In this document: positions 1 through 9,672 of the stretch, one piece after another
Layout of the letters: each line of letters opens with the position of its first letter
How positions within the stretch are numbered: position 1 is the stretch's first letter
From: Candidatus Kapaibacterium sp.
GTDB lineage: Bacteria; Bacteroidota; Ignavibacteria; Kapaibacteriales; UBA2268
Assembly (NCBI GenBank): GCA_938031175.1
Contig: CALHGZ010000007.1
Location: 2,999 to 66,998 of the forward strand
Length of the DNA: 64,000 nucleotides
Direction of reading: 5' to 3'
Program-made: the position numbers and the translations under genes
Notes under the pieces: model-generated
Database searches by the model: none
What the model was told of the DNA's origin: nothing
Seen by the model: the letters and a program-made list of their open reading frames with translations, nothing else

Positions 1-53
1 GGACCGGATACATTTTCAATTATCTAACTATTTTTTTAGAAATGTAATTAAAA

Positions 54-503
54 TTAATTAATTACTTCATTGTTCTTTGAGATTAAAAGTTTAAAATAAG
101 AAACGTTATTATTTCCATAAAATAAAATGTTTGCTATGATAGATTTCAATTGATTACTGTCAATTTTTCTTCTTCTGAAAAGAAGGGCTTTTTCTATTAT
201 TTTTTCAATTGTATCGTTATCAATTAAACCTAATGAATGGTATTGCATTAATTCGCCCCAAGATTCGGTTGTAAATAAATCAATTTCGGCGCTATGTAGT
301 ATGCGAAAGCTTTTCTCATTTTGAGGTCTAATATCAGATTTCTCCTGAATAAACTTCTCGCTAAGCCAGCTTAATGCTACGGTAATTTCTAAATCAGTGT
401 AACCACGGGAATGCAATTCTTCAATATCAATATCGGCAATTGAATTGCTATCTTTCATCTCCGAGATTACATAAACTATTATTTCTACAATTCTTTCCAG
501 CAT
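54..503 (-). CDS. smg: DUF494/Smg family protein
   Basis: 149 aa; N-term ERIVEIIVY, GYTDLEITVALSWL and SFRILH segments typical of Smg/DUF494. Confidence 0.7.
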   Translation of the reverse strand: MLERIVEIIVYVISEMKDSNSIADIDIEELHSRGYTDLEITVALSWLSEKFIQEKSDIRPQNEKSFRILHSAEIDLFTTESWGELMQYHSLGLIDNDTIEKIIEKALLFRRRKIDSNQLKSIIANILFYGNNNVSYFKLLISKNNEVIN

Positions 504-506
504 ATT

Positions 507-953
507 TTATTCTTGTATTAATTTTTCTTGTAATTGAAACATAATTTTTTTATTCTCTTCGGTATTATCATTAAATCCGAGCAGATGCAAAGTGCCATGA
601 ACAGTAAGCCTACATAATTCGTTTGTTAAAGTTACATCGTATTCTTTAGCTTGTTTGCAGGCTGTTTCATAAGATATATATATTTCACCTTCCAGAGGAT
701 CATGCTCAAACTCAAATGTAATTACGTCTGTTGGATAATTGTGATTTAAATATTTCTGGTTTAGTTGTTTCATATAATCATCGTTTATTATAATCACATT
801 AATTATAGCATCTTTTATTTCTTTATAATTTAAAGTTTTTATAATAACATTTTTAATCTTTTTTTTCGGTATTTTTTTTGCGTTACTTGAGTTAAAAATT
901 CTTATACTATACGACGAATTTGTGATTTGGGTATTTGTTTCTGTCTTTCTCAT
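507..953 (-). CDS. ybeY: rRNA maturation endoribonuclease YbeY
   Basis: LNQKYLNHNYPTDVITF, GEIYIS and HGTLHLLG motifs. Confidence 0.92.
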   Translation of the reverse strand: MRKTETNTQITNSSYSIRIFNSSNAKKIPKKKIKNVIIKTLNYKEIKDAIINVIIINDDYMKQLNQKYLNHNYPTDVITFEFEHDPLEGEIYISYETACKQAKEYDVTLTNELCRLTVHGTLHLLGFNDNTEENKKIMFQLQEKLIQE

Positions 954-1384
954 TGATTTAAAATTGCTTCTGTTATCGAAAGTTGTAGAACAGAAAGTAA
1001 AATTGCTGGATCTAATTCCTTGAAATCTTTATTAATTAAATTTCTACTAATATTTGCATACATAGAGCAAGTGGATTGTTTACCTACGATTATACTCGAG
1101 ATTGTTTTTTCATTAGCTTGTATAAAAATAATTTCATCAGGTTCGAATGTCATATATCCAATTGGATTATGTAACTCATAATATCCATAGAGAGTTTGAA
1201 CAGAAATTAAGCACCCGACATCGTCTTTCTCAAACTGTATATTTTTAGATAAAGTCAATATCAATGATTGCTTATTTTCCGGATTTACTATTTTCCAGAT
1301 CCAGGTATTATCATTGACTTCGGGTGTACAATTTAAAATGCCTGAAATTTTTTCAATGTCCCCAGTATTAAATTCGCATTTCAT
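950..1384 (-). CDS. hypothetical protein
   Basis: 144 aa ORF, 4-bp overlap with ybeY start (coupled); no family recognised. Confidence 0.7.
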   Translation of the reverse strand: MKCEFNTGDIEKISGILNCTPEVNDNTWIWKIVNPENKQSLILTLSKNIQFEKDDVGCLISVQTLYGYYELHNPIGYMTFEPDEIIFIQANEKTISSIIVGKQSTCSMYANISRNLINKDFKELDPAILLSVLQLSITEAILNQ

Positions 1385-1460
1385 ATTTCAATCCATTGTG
1401 TAGAAATCTATGTTAAATTAATAAATTTTTTGGATAATTAACAACAATAATGAATGAAAT

Positions 1461-1490
1461 AAAAAAGGGCGTTAATAAACGCCCTTTTTT
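1461..1490. terminator. intrinsic terminator, bidirectional-type hairpin
   Basis: AAAAAAGGGCGTT-aata-AACGCCCTTTTTT perfect inverted repeat just downstream of the 1433-aa gene. Confidence 0.85.
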
Positions 1491-1507
1491 GTATTGCATA
1501 ATTTTAA

Positions 1508-4500
1508 TTATTTGTTTATAATGACTTTCTGTTTATCCTGGAAGGGACCGCTATGCATTGTGCAGAAGTAAGCACCAGAGCTAAGCCTGTCAATCGGTAG
1601 GGGTATGCTGTAGTGGCCAGGTGCCAAATCTTGTGCTATTAGTACTTCTACAACTTCACCAGCAGTGTTTATAAGTCTGATTTCAGTCCATCCCTGAAGT
1701 GCTACAGAAAATTCGATATTAGTACCAGCAGCTCCAACGGGGTTTGGTGAAATTTGGTATAGTGCATATTGTGAACCCGACATTTTAATCGGTCTCAAAT
1801 TCGATACGCAAGTTGGCTCTAATGTTATCGTAGTTTGGTCATTGTCTATATCCAAACATGCTGAGCCAATCACAGCAATATCGTAAGAGATTGTAACTGA
1901 TGTATCTTTAGATTCAGTCGTCAAATCTGTTGTATACCAGGGAAGGAATGAGTCGAATCCAATTTTTGCAATTTCACCATTGTGATTTAGATAACGCCCC
2001 GGTTTAGCGGTAAACAGTAAGGTAATTTCTTCTATTTTGTTTTGCTGGTCAACTATATTGAATTGTGCTTGCATATCAAAATCATTACGTATAGCGGCAC
2101 CGATTTCAACTTTGTCTCTTATTGCTGCAATGAAATCTTTCTTGTACCTAATTTTAGCACTAAATTCAGTTACTTTAGCTAAGCTGAGATCTTCTCCGGA
2201 CTCGAGATTAATAGTATAATAGAAGCTTTGCCCACTAATGACTCTATTTCTGTCAGCTGTCGTTTGATTTTTAGTTAAACGGCTATAGTGGACTGATTGC
2301 CCACGTATTTGTGCTGTTACAACAGGATTATCCAATGTTGTATTTTCAACAACAATTTGAGTAGCGGGAGTACCTACTATTGTTGGCTTAAATATTACTT
2401 CAATTATCTTAGTTTCATTTGGTGCAAGCTGGAAGCCGTTTTCGACTGATGGATCTACGAATTCGAATTCGGGTAACTTCGGTTGTAACTTTACGGATTT
2501 AACAGTGACTATTCCCGAGCCAGTATTACCTACTTCGCAACGAATAATTTCTGTTTCACCGACACAGATCAGTGAACTACCACCGGTTACGTAAATTCCT
2601 TGAGCAACACCATAACCAAGCCAGTTTGAGCTTACATCTGATTCTGCATCGCTTACTGTGGAAATTGAACCAATATGTTCGCCGATATGTTGAGCAACGA
2701 ATTCTGCGTCAATCTCAATATATTCATCTGGTTTGAGTGTAACCGGTAGTTTTACGCGATTCATTGTACCGGAATAGTAGAGATTATCTATATCAAATCT
2801 GAATCCCTCATTACCCCAATTATTCATATTTGTTGAAATTGCCATTTGAGGTTGAGTATTTATTCGAGTAATTGTTACTTCATCGGAAACATCGTCACCG
2901 CGAGCATCTGTCCAGCTATTATTTGTAATTCTGATTTTACGTTTTTGTATGTTGGATAAATCTTGAATTATGGTTGTATCGAAATCCATATCGAATGTAG
3001 ATATCTTTCCTAAAATACCAAAGCCTTCGAGTAGTGTGTATGTATCACTATTTGCTGTATTGCCGGGATAAGTTATTTTGATACGATGTTTTCCGACTGT
3101 TGTTGGCTGGAATGTTACAGGTACGTAAGCTGAGTCCTTGGCTTTTATAGTCATATTTTTAAATGCATTTCGATTAAATATGAAAGCATTACCGTTACCG
3201 TAGCTATCTTCGATTGCTATATCGGGTATTTTTACATCAGCTGTACCATTATTTTTTAGAACAATAACCTTTGTAGGTGCAACATAGGGATCGATTGGGA
3301 AGTTATTGCGATGAATTCTTCTTTTACCCCAATCAGCACTATTAGCTATTAAGTCTGCTTGAATACCTCTACCGGATAGATCAGCAATGCTATCACGCGT
3401 TTTAGCATTGCTATGGAAAATTATTTGGTCTATATATTGAATTTGGTCTTTAGGGGTAAAATCAACATTAAATGTATATCTTTCTCCTGGTTTTATTATA
3501 AGCGGATCCTGAGGGCTCATTTTCTTTAATCCTTTAGGCACAAATACATTAGCTGGATTACTCGGTCCAGTATATCCTGTGATTATTAAGTCTGTGCTAC
3601 CATAATTATGAATTTCTATGTTTCGGGTTTCAGTTGTACCGAGAATTAAATCACCCCAGATTGCGTCGGATACTTCAATAATTGGTTGTCCAACTCGAGC
3701 TTCTATTTGAGCAAAATAATCAAAAATACACAAATCTCCAGCACCTATAGAATCACGGAATTCACCATCTTTATTTGCTGTGAATCTCACAGTAAATGTT
3801 AGATATTCATCGGGATTTAAATCTCTGGGAAGTGTATAATCGTGTAATGTAAAATTCTGTTTGCCATTTTGAAGCTTAAGTTGGGTAATTGTTATTTTAC
3901 CTTTTGATTTATTGATTAATTTGAATGTTTGGTTTTTGACTTCTCCTACTTGCAATAGACCAAAGTCATAAAATTCAGGTTCAATAGCTAATTTAGTTGC
4001 AAAATATTCAAGTACAATGGTAGTATCATTACCTCTTCTATCGGAGAAAGTAATGACAGCCCTTGCATCTTCAAGCGGATTGATAACAGTTGCCTCCCAA
4101 GTAGTTCTAAAATCGGTTCCTGCTTCGAATGGTTTATAGCTGAATTTGTAATTGAAACTTTCCTCCCTATGGAATATAATTAAAGCGAGATTAGACCTTA
4201 CTAAGGGATCATCTGGTTTATCAGTAACGGTTGCTCCTTTAATATTACCACAATCCATAGTCCATATAGGAACCGGCGGCAGAGTATCAGGTCTTTCAAG
4301 ATCACCTAAAGCTACACTTGTAGGAAATCCATAAGAGTCATAGTCCGAGAATCCATAAGCATAAGCAACAAAGGGGTCATTTGCCCGGATTTTATAAACG
4401 CCATCGCCTGGTAAGAGAATAGTTTTTGAATAGTATTGTCTTTCTTTTTGTTCAGGATCAATAAATGGCAATCCACCTGTTGGGCTAATTGCACTGACCT

Positions 4501-5809
4501 TCTTCCAGGTAAATTGACCTCCGGAAACAGTGGCAAATTCCAAATCATCTGGGATTTCACCATTTTCAGTTCCTAAATAGACAATATTAATGTAGTTATC
4601 AGGATACCCATAGCCACCGCGTATTCCGGGTGTATTGAATGTAATTTCCGTCTGATATTGTTCAATCGGGGAGAGAACTAATTGGAATGGATCGCTAACC
4701 ACTCCATCATAGGATTGACCGGGATTGTATTGAGTTATATTGATAGGTTTATCACCCGACCATACCCATGGTTGATTTGGTTCTTCGTCAATGCGAATTT
4801 CGAGATAACCATACCCACTGATTCCGCCGGGAGTTTGAATTAAGCCCATCTGACGACCATTTCTGTATAATTTTGTCATTGGCTCTTTTGCAAAAATTTT
4901 CAGTAGTGAATTTTTTCTACGAGTTGCAATTTGTGAAACGTGATATTTTGTGCCCCAGGTATTAGTTGGCAATTCCATTTCAATAATAAAGTCGCAGTAG
5001 CCATATTCGCTGGGTATATATGCACAAAAGTTACCTGAAATAACACCAACTGGTTTGGAAGCAACAATTTTACTTCCTGACAAATCAGCACGAGGACCAT
5101 AACCAGCTACGAGATATACATCGCCTGCATTCATATTTACAGTCTCGGATTGTCCGGGTTTTAATCCACCAGCGGTTTGGGACCAAACATTACCCCCCAT
5201 TGTAAATCGTACTTTTGTATTATCATAGGCAGCAACAACACTTGTATAGGATGGGAGGTATTGCCCTACACCGAAATTCTCTGTCACAGGATCAGCATAA
5301 GAGGCTACTATATATTCTTTGCCCCAAGAAGAGACTGGTATTGCTAAAAAACCGTCACTTGTGTATTGATATCTCGTTACTCCATAGACTATTATTGGAG
5401 CATCAGCATAAACACGTATTGCTCTACCGGGGAAAACTTGCTCCGGTAGTGGTTTCTGCCGATCTGTTTTAGTATAACATTGAGCCAATGAGGGATAAAG
5501 TGAGAATTCTATTATATCATTTGGTATTGTCATTTTGGTTATATAGTATCCCATGCCCGGTATTTCCAAAGTAACGAGTGTTCGTACTCCAGATGATACA
5601 TAAATTTTTACGGCATTGTTTGGATTATATGTTTCCCAACAGGGATGGAATGTTAAATAAAATTCTTTCCCAACATTGTTGGCTCCGAGCATTTTGGGAA
5701 GGTTTTTTTTGAATTTTTCTAATTCAAAATCCTTCGAAATTGAGAGGTATGGGACAAAAATTATAAGAGCAAAAATAATGCTCATATAATTAATGATTCG
5801 TTGCTTCAT
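1508..5809 (-). CDS. large secreted protein: IgGFc-binding-like N-terminal domain, tandem Ig-like (ASH/choice-of-anchor D-like) domains, T9SS C-terminal sorting domain
   Basis: signal peptide; GKEFYLTF and SDGFLAIPVSSWGKEYIVASY; repeated DFG/DWG...I-x-N-x-G...V-x-F-x-P units; C-term SPNP...LSSGAYFCTM...KVIINK; SD GGAGGAG at 5813-5819. Confidence 0.8.
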   Translation of the reverse strand: MKQRIINYMSIIFALIIFVPYLSISKDFELEKFKKNLPKMLGANNVGKEFYLTFHPCWETYNPNNAVKIYVSSGVRTLVTLEIPGMGYYITKMTIPNDIIEFSLYPSLAQCYTKTDRQKPLPEQVFPGRAIRVYADAPIIVYGVTRYQYTSDGFLAIPVSSWGKEYIVASYADPVTENFGVGQYLPSYTSVVAAYDNTKVRFTMGGNVWSQTAGGLKPGQSETVNMNAGDVYLVAGYGPRADLSGSKIVASKPVGVISGNFCAYIPSEYGYCDFIIEMELPTNTWGTKYHVSQIATRRKNSLLKIFAKEPMTKLYRNGRQMGLIQTPGGISGYGYLEIRIDEEPNQPWVWSGDKPINITQYNPGQSYDGVVSDPFQLVLSPIEQYQTEITFNTPGIRGGYGYPDNYINIVYLGTENGEIPDDLEFATVSGGQFTWKKVSAISPTGGLPFIDPEQKERQYYSKTILLPGDGVYKIRANDPFVAYAYGFSDYDSYGFPTSVALGDLERPDTLPPVPIWTMDCGNIKGATVTDKPDDPLVRSNLALIIFHREESFNYKFSYKPFEAGTDFRTTWEATVINPLEDARAVITFSDRRGNDTTIVLEYFATKLAIEPEFYDFGLLQVGEVKNQTFKLINKSKGKITITQLKLQNGKQNFTLHDYTLPRDLNPDEYLTFTVRFTANKDGEFRDSIGAGDLCIFDYFAQIEARVGQPIIEVSDAIWGDLILGTTETRNIEIHNYGSTDLIITGYTGPSNPANVFVPKGLKKMSPQDPLIIKPGERYTFNVDFTPKDQIQYIDQIIFHSNAKTRDSIADLSGRGIQADLIANSADWGKRRIHRNNFPIDPYVAPTKVIVLKNNGTADVKIPDIAIEDSYGNGNAFIFNRNAFKNMTIKAKDSAYVPVTFQPTTVGKHRIKITYPGNTANSDTYTLLEGFGILGKISTFDMDFDTTIIQDLSNIQKRKIRITNNSWTDARGDDVSDEVTITRINTQPQMAISTNMNNWGNEGFRFDIDNLYYSGTMNRVKLPVTLKPDEYIEIDAEFVAQHIGEHIGSISTVSDAESDVSSNWLGYGVAQGIYVTGGSSLICVGETEIIRCEVGNTGSGIVTVKSVKLQPKLPEFEFVDPSVENGFQLAPNETKIIEVIFKPTIVGTPATQIVVENTTLDNPVVTAQIRGQSVHYSRLTKNQTTADRNRVISGQSFYYTINLESGEDLSLAKVTEFSAKIRYKKDFIAAIRDKVEIGAAIRNDFDMQAQFNIVDQQNKIEEITLLFTAKPGRYLNHNGEIAKIGFDSFLPWYTTDLTTESKDTSVTISYDIAVIGSACLDIDNDQTTITLEPTCVSNLRPIKMSGSQYALYQISPNPVGAAGTNIEFSVALQGWTEIRLINTAGEVVEVLIAQDLAPGHYSIPLPIDRLSSGAYFCTMHSGPFQDKQKVIINK

Positions 5810-6001
5810 ATACTCCTCCGTTGTATTTAAATTTTAACATCTTTACTATTGCTAATTAGATATAACAATCAATATATTGAAAAGTTTCTTAAATAAAAAA
5901 ATTTTTTTTATCCTCGACTATAAATTGATAATAATCATAGTTTATATTAAATTATATTTTTTAAAAAATAACAATTTTGTCAAATTGATTAATATCTAAT
6001 T

Positions 6002-7498
6002 ATGTTCAAAAGAATATTAATTTCGAACCGTGGTGAAATTGCAATGAGAATTATGCGAGCAGCAAAGGAACTCGGTATAGAGACAGTAGCAATCTATCAC
6101 AAAGTGGATATTTCATCCCCTTACGTACATTTTGCTGATCGAGCATACGAAATTAAATCCGAAACACCAAAGTCAGCTTATTTAGACATCGAACAAATCG
6201 TCGAAACTGCTTTGATCAGTGGAGCCGAAGCAATTCATCCCGGTTACGGCTTCTTATCTGAACGTTCAGAATTTGCTGAAGCAGTTGAATCCGCTGGTTT
6301 AAAATTTATTGGTCCTCGTTCTTACGCAATTGAAGTAATGGGAAACAAAACCCGGGCACGTGAACTAATGGCTAAAGCTGGTGTACCTATTGTCCCCGGT
6401 ACAAAAGAGAAAATTACAGACCTCAGCAAAGCTAAGGAAATTGCTGAAATGCTCAAATATCCAATACTTTTAAAAGCTGCAGCCGGTGGCGGTGGCAAAG
6501 GGATGCGAAAAGTTGATGCTGAACATTTGCTAAAAGACAACTTTGAAGCAGCTCAGCGTGAAGCTCTTAAAGCTTTCGGTGATGATAGCATCTATATTGA
6601 AAAATATCTAGAAAATCCCAAGCATATTGAATTTCAAATTATAGCAGATGAGTACGGCAACTATGTGCATTTGGGTGAGCGAGATTGCTCAATTCAAAGG
6701 AGGCACCAAAAAATTATTGAAGAAGCGCCTTCAACTGTTTTGGATGACGAATTAAGGCAGAAAATGGGGCAGGTTGCTTTGAATGCTGCTAAAGCTGTAG
6801 ATTATGTCAACGCTGGAACCATTGAATTTTTATTTGATAAAAATAAAGAATTTTATTTTTTAGAGATGAACACCCGTTTACAAGTAGAACATCCAATCAC
6901 GGAAATGGTAACAAATATTGATATTGTAAAAGAGCAAATAAAAATTGCAGCAGGAGAGAAATTATCATTTTCACAAGAAGATGTAAAATGGAACGGACAC
7001 GCTATTGAATGCAGAATTTATGCAGAAGACCCATTTAATAATTTTATGCCAGTAACTGGCAAAATTACTTATTTGCGTGAACCTGCCGGTTATGGTATTC
7101 GAGTTGATAGTGGAGTTGAATCCGGAAGTGAAATTAGTATACATTTTGATCCAATGCTCGCTAAATTAATAAGCTGGGGACCTAACAGAACCGCTGCTAT
7201 TAATACAATGGAAAAAGCTTTGAAATCTTATCTCATTAAAGGGCTAAAAACCGCCATACCTTTTGAAATTGCTGTAATGCAAAACGAAATTTTTCGAAAT
7301 GGTTATTATGACACATCTTTTATTGATATGTATTTTAATATTGATGTTTTAAATGAAATGCGAAAAAACTATGAAGAAAAAATTGCGGTAATTTCAGCTT
7401 TGGGTTATAAAATTATGAAAGACAATAAAAAACCAATTTATAATTCTGATACTCATTCAAAATGGAAAATTCTCGGACGTTCAAGAATATTAAGTTAA
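6002..7498 (+). CDS. accC: biotin carboxylase subunit (acetyl/propionyl-CoA carboxylase)
   Basis: NRGEIA, HPGYGFLSE, GGGGKGMR, ERDCSIQRRHQK, EMNTRLQVEHP. Confidence 0.93.
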   Translation: MFKRILISNRGEIAMRIMRAAKELGIETVAIYHKVDISSPYVHFADRAYEIKSETPKSAYLDIEQIVETALISGAEAIHPGYGFLSERSEFAEAVESAGLKFIGPRSYAIEVMGNKTRARELMAKAGVPIVPGTKEKITDLSKAKEIAEMLKYPILLKAAAGGGGKGMRKVDAEHLLKDNFEAAQREALKAFGDDSIYIEKYLENPKHIEFQIIADEYGNYVHLGERDCSIQRRHQKIIEEAPSTVLDDELRQKMGQVALNAAKAVDYVNAGTIEFLFDKNKEFYFLEMNTRLQVEHPITEMVTNIDIVKEQIKIAAGEKLSFSQEDVKWNGHAIECRIYAEDPFNNFMPVTGKITYLREPAGYGIRVDSGVESGSEISIHFDPMLAKLISWGPNRTAAINTMEKALKSYLIKGLKTAIPFEIAVMQNEIFRNGYYDTSFIDMYFNIDVLNEMRKNYEEKIAVISALGYKIMKDNKKPIYNSDTHSKWKILGRSRILS

Positions 7499-7523
7499 TT
7501 TTTCAACAATAAAATAATCAAAT

Positions 7524-8039
7524 ATGGAAAAAATAACTATTCAGATTAATGAAAATGAATATGAAGCTACTTTATTAAATGATGCTAAAGAAATTATTAT
7601 TAATGGCAAACCCAAAAAAGTAGAATTATTGCACAAAATTGTAGAAAATGTCTGGTCGGTTTCAATTGATAACATTGTTTCAATAGTAGAATTTGACTAT
7701 GAACCAAATGGAGATGCAAAAGTTTATATAGACGGCTTTCAATTTGATGTAAAAATTTATGATCCCTTACACCTTCAATTAAAAAAATTTTTAAAAACGA
7801 AAGATTCGGAGGATCATTCAGGTATTACTAAAATAAAAGCACCAATGCCAGGATTGATTGTAAAAGTTTTGTGCAAGGAAGGTGACAATGTGAGAAAAGG
7901 TGACAACATAGTTATAATCGAAGCAATGAAAATGGAAAATGCAATGAAATCCCCAGTATCTGGTACAATCAGCAAAATTTTTGTAAAAGAAGCCGAACCT
8001 GTAGAAAAAGACTTCGTATTGATCGAGATTACTCAATAA
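7524..8039 (+). CDS. biotin carboxyl carrier protein (biotinyl domain)
   Basis: APMPG and EAMKMEN biotinylation motif; follows the biotin carboxylase. Confidence 0.9.
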   Translation: MEKITIQINENEYEATLLNDAKEIIINGKPKKVELLHKIVENVWSVSIDNIVSIVEFDYEPNGDAKVYIDGFQFDVKIYDPLHLQLKKFLKTKDSEDHSGITKIKAPMPGLIVKVLCKEGDNVRKGDNIVIIEAMKMENAMKSPVSGTISKIFVKEAEPVEKDFVLIEITQ

Positions 8040-8079
8040 TTTAATCATATCTTTTATAGCATTAGGAGCAAAACATAAA

Positions 8080-9507
8080 ATGTTGAAAAATAACGCATTT
8101 TTTAATTACTATGATTTAGCAGTATTATTTGGTGAAGAATCGCTTTTAAATATAAGCACTGACAAAAATTTTAAAGGAGTTTCCACCGATTCAAGGGAAG
8201 TACAGCCTGGTAACATATTTGTTGCATTAGAAGGTTCCAATATTGACGGGCATAGTAAAATACAAGAAGCTATATCTAAAGGTGCTTTATTAGCAATTGC
8301 TAAAAAAAATAAGATTGCTTATGAATGGCTTGAAAACAAATTACCCCTTGTACTGGTTGATGATACAATTAAAGCACTTGGACAATTAGCAAGTTATTAT
8401 CGCAGGCGTTTCGATTTTCCCGTAATTGCAATTGGTGGTTCCAATGGCAAGACGACAACGAAGGAAATAATTGCACATCTTCTGAGTCAAAGATTCAATG
8501 TGCTAAAAACATACGAAAATTACAACAATCAGATTGGTGTCCCACAAATGTTATTCCAATTCGATACTAAATTTGATATTTCAGTAATTGAAATAGGGAC
8601 CAATGAACCCGGTGAAATTTCTATATTATCAGAAATGATTTCACCAACACATGGCTTAATAACAAATATAGCCGAAGAACACTTAGAAAAACTAATTGAC
8701 TTATGGGGAGTAGAAGCTGAAGAAACACATTTATTTGGTTATTTGCATAAGCACGATGGTTTTTGTTTTGTTAATGCAGACGATGAAAGGTTAATCAAAT
8801 ATGGTATTTTGCTTGAGAATAAAATGACTTATGGATTCAATGAACTTGCCGATTTGAAAGCTGAATTAATAACTAATGATGATTTGACATATCAATTGAT
8901 ACTAAATTTCGAGGGCCGTTGTATTCGTGCCAAAATTAATGAAATTGGAATTTCAACTACTAAAAATGCATTAGCAGCGTCAGCTGTTGCTTTAAAATTT
9001 GGATTATCTGATAACGAAATTATTAATGGATTGGAAACGTACAAACATCCAAGATGGCAATCCTACGGACGTATGTCAATCGAAAGATACGGTTCAATTA
9101 CAATTATAAATGATACATATAATGCTAATCCCGCCTCGATGCTAAATGCACTCGAAACTCTTGCTAATTTCAAATCAGCAAATAAAAAAATTGCTGCTCT
9201 CGGAGATATGCTTGAACTTGGAGAGAATTCAATAAAATATCATATTGAGATTTTAAACGAAGCTATAAAATGCTCCGATAGTGTATATTTAACCGGCGAA
9301 TTAATGCTGTCAGCATCAAAAAAATTAAATTCTTCAAAAATCATACATTTCAAAAGCAAAGACGAATTAAGCCAACACTTAGCAAACAATCTCGAAACGA
9401 GTGATGTATTACTTGTCAAAGGCTCGAGAGGAATGAAAATGGAAGAAGTAATTATTAAAATTAAAGATTGGATTAATAGTAATAATTCAAAAAAGTTAGG
9501 AATTTAA
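8080..9507 (+). CDS. murF: UDP-N-acetylmuramoyl-tripeptide--D-Ala-D-Ala ligase
   Basis: TDSR, GSNGKTTTKE, NNQIGVP, DTYNANP, GDMLELG, KGSRGM. Confidence 0.95.
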   Translation: MLKNNAFFNYYDLAVLFGEESLLNISTDKNFKGVSTDSREVQPGNIFVALEGSNIDGHSKIQEAISKGALLAIAKKNKIAYEWLENKLPLVLVDDTIKALGQLASYYRRRFDFPVIAIGGSNGKTTTKEIIAHLLSQRFNVLKTYENYNNQIGVPQMLFQFDTKFDISVIEIGTNEPGEISILSEMISPTHGLITNIAEEHLEKLIDLWGVEAEETHLFGYLHKHDGFCFVNADDERLIKYGILLENKMTYGFNELADLKAELITNDDLTYQLILNFEGRCIRAKINEIGISTTKNALAASAVALKFGLSDNEIINGLETYKHPRWQSYGRMSIERYGSITIINDTYNANPASMLNALETLANFKSANKKIAALGDMLELGENSIKYHIEILNEAIKCSDSVYLTGELMLSASKKLNSSKIIHFKSKDELSQHLANNLETSDVLLVKGSRGMKMEEVIIKIKDWINSNNSKKLGI

Positions 9508-9672
9508 AGTTCTAAATTTATTAGTATTTTAAAATAATTACAAAGTCATATTCTTTGGACTTGATGAATCTTATTGATTTCTGTAGAAAATATATGTTAG
9601 TAAAAAATAAAAACATTTAAAAAGCTTTTACATTATTTTGATATTCAGATCTTTCCAAAAACTCAAATTTGT

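Noticed and set aside
1..13. Start of a minus-strand gene (MYPV...) running off the window, possibly lgt-like
   Set aside because: Only four codons are visible, so it cannot be assigned.
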